Shown here: one piece after another, positions 62,581 to 64,000 of the stretch | How the letters are laid out: every line of letters begins with the position of its first letter | How positions within the stretch are numbered: the first letter of the stretch is position 1 | Assembly (NCBI GenBank): GCA_963812655.1 | Contig: CAWEWX010000039.1 | Span: 159,832 to 223,831, forward strand | Origin: an uncultured delta proteobacterium | Lineage (GTDB): Bacteria > Desulfobacterota > Desulfobaccia > Desulfobaccales > 0-14-0-80-60-11 | DNA: 64,000 nucleotides | Direction of reading: 5' to 3' | Position numbers and translations under genes: made by a program | The notes under the pieces: generated by a model | Database searches by the model: none | Seen by the model: only the letters and a program-made list of their open reading frames with translations | What the model was told of the DNA's origin: nothing

Positions 62581-62618
62581 CTCTTACTGGCTACTGGCTA
62601 CTGACTACTGGCTACTAA
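62581..62618. repeat. Tandem heptanucleotide array (CTACTGG/CTACTGA)n, inverse orientation to 62309..62345
   Basis: ctcttactggctactggctactgactactggctactaa, ending 3 nt before the rodA ATG. Confidence 0.9.
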
Positions 62619-62621
62619 CCC

Positions 62622-63722
62622 ATGTTCGACCGCCGCTTAGTGCAAAACTTTGATTACCTGGTCTTGGGGCTGGTGCTGGGCATCGCCGCCATGGGCGTCG
62701 TCAATCTTTATAGCGCCGGATACAACCGGGGCGGGGGGACGCCCCTTTATATCAAGCAGTGCTACTGGCTGGCGGTGGGCCTGGCCCTGATGTTCCTGAC
62801 CCTGTTTTATGACTACCGGCACCTGGAGAAGCTCGGCTATCCCCTTTATCTCCTCAGTATCCTGACCCTGGTGGGGGTGATGGTGGGCGGCAAGATGGTG
62901 GCCGGCTCCCGGCGCTGGCTGCCCCTGGGGCCCTTTTCCTTTCAGCCGGCGGAGCTGGCCAAGATCGCGGTGATTCTGGCCCTGGCCACTTATTTCAACC
63001 GCCGCCCGCGGCTGGAGGCCATGCGCTTCAAGGATCTGGCGGTCCCGGGGTTGCTGGTTTTGGTCCCGGTGGCGCTGATCATCAAGCAGCCGGACCTGGG
63101 CTCCGGCATCCTGGTGGCCCTGGTGGCGGGCAGCATGATCCTCTTCGTCGGGGTCCGCTGGCGCACCCTGGCGGGCCTGGCCCTGAGCATGGCGCTGTGC
63201 TCCCCGGTGGTCTGGATCCTTCTCAAGGACTACCAGCGCCAGCGGGTGCTCACCCTCTTCAATCCGGGAAAGGACCCTTTGGGGGCGGGCTACCACATCC
63301 TCCAGTCCATGATTGCCGTGGGCTCCGGCCAGTTCTGGGGCAAGGGTTTCCTGCAAGGGACCCAGAGCCAGCTCTATTTTTTGCCGGAACAGCACACCGA
63401 TTTCGTCTTTTCGGTCTTCGCGGAGGAGTGGGGCTTCGTGGGCTCGACGGCGCTCTTGCTGCTGTTCGCCGGCCTGGCCCTGTGGGGCTTGGGGGTGGCC
63501 CGGGACTGCAAGGATCGCTTCGGCCATTTCCTGGCCCTGGGGGTGACCGCCCTGATCTTCTGGCAGATATTTATCAATCTCTGTATGGTTACCGGGATGC
63601 TGCCAGTGGTGGGCATTCCCCTGCCTCTTTTCAGTTACGGCGGCTCCTCCCTGGTCACCACCCTCCTGGGACTGGGATTTCTCTTTAATATCCGCATGCG
63701 CCGCTATCTCTTCGGGGCTTAA
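62622..63722 (+). CDS. rodA: Rod shape-determining protein RodA (SEDS family)
   Basis: FDYLVLGLVL..., QPSE-like FQPAELAKI, PEQHTDF(V)FS, and LPLFSYGGSS are SEDS motifs. Confidence 0.9.
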   Translation: MFDRRLVQNFDYLVLGLVLGIAAMGVVNLYSAGYNRGGGTPLYIKQCYWLAVGLALMFLTLFYDYRHLEKLGYPLYLLSILTLVGVMVGGKMVAGSRRWLPLGPFSFQPAELAKIAVILALATYFNRRPRLEAMRFKDLAVPGLLVLVPVALIIKQPDLGSGILVALVAGSMILFVGVRWRTLAGLALSMALCSPVVWILLKDYQRQRVLTLFNPGKDPLGAGYHILQSMIAVGSGQFWGKGFLQGTQSQLYFLPEQHTDFVFSVFAEEWGFVGSTALLLLFAGLALWGLGVARDCKDRFGHFLALGVTALIFWQIFINLCMVTGMLPVVGIPLPLFSYGGSSLVTTLLGLGFLFNIRMRRYLFGA

Positions 63723-63872
63723 AAATTTTTTGAAAAAAATTTTGACAGCCCGGGAAAAATAGGCTAAAAAAGGGTTCGTGAAAAGTTACACATGGGCTCA
63801 CCCGCGAGACCTTTCCCTCTAGGCAGGTAAGTCTTTGTTTTAAGAGAATAAAATACGAGGTGGCAGCCAGGC

Positions 63873-64000
63873 ATGATTCAGATCGATTGGAGCGTAGGCG
63901 CACAACTGGTCACTTTTTTGGTCCTGGTCTTTCTCCTCAATAAGGTGCTGTTCCGGCCCATCCGGGAGGCCCTGAAGGCGCGCCAGGCCAGAATGGATGC
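63873..64000 (+). CDS. atpF: F0F1 ATP synthase subunit b/b' (3'-truncated by window edge)
   Basis: MIQIDWSVGAQLVTFLVLVFLLNKVLFRPIREALKARQ matches the subunit b N-terminal TM plus L..P....L..R pattern. Confidence 0.65.
   Translation, partial: MIQIDWSVGAQLVTFLVLVFLLNKVLFRPIREALKARQARMD

Overview
High-G+C chromosomal segment of a diderm bacterium. Gene content and repeat style suggest a Desulfobacterota/Thermodesulfobacteriota-like lineage, but that is a guess. I support about 60 protein genes and 2 tRNA-Ser genes. No rRNA, CRISPR array, integrase, transposase or prophage was seen. The backbone is housekeeping: (1) a large LPS core/lipid A cluster at 6.8-20.5 kb (GT4, GT9 heptosyltransferases waaC/waaF-like, lpxA, GT2, ycaR/Trm112-like, gmhB, lpxK, msbA); (2) pckA, ruvA-ruvC-yebC-rlmE, a solitary fliA, adenine deaminase and ppdK; (3) a MacB/FtsX-type ABC pair, proS, relA/spoT, rpmB, AICARFT-only purH and tadA; (4) dnaX-ybaB-recR, rodA and the start of atpF. 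Three things stand out. (1) Small AT-rich islets sit in the GC-rich backbone. The most interesting (44.7-46.6 kb) is a translationally coupled pair: a minimal Pol-beta-type nucleotidyltransferase plus a DUF262 (ParB/GmrS-like, DGQQR motif) protein ending in a Cys/His cluster. I flag it as a candidate undescribed defence-type module. A single PD-(D/E)xK + DUF4268-like gene splits lpxK from msbA. An SPPY DNA methyltransferase is fused to a degenerate staphylococcal-nuclease-like domain and has no visible partner endonuclease. (2) The intergenic spacers are unusually rich in repeats. There are several palindromic REP/MITE-like families, some of them in-frame inside genes or supplying gene C-termini. 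(3) Short tandem arrays with 7-nt periodicity occur in almost every spacer, often as inverted pairs. All functional calls come from reading motifs in the supplied translations. No database search or computation was run.
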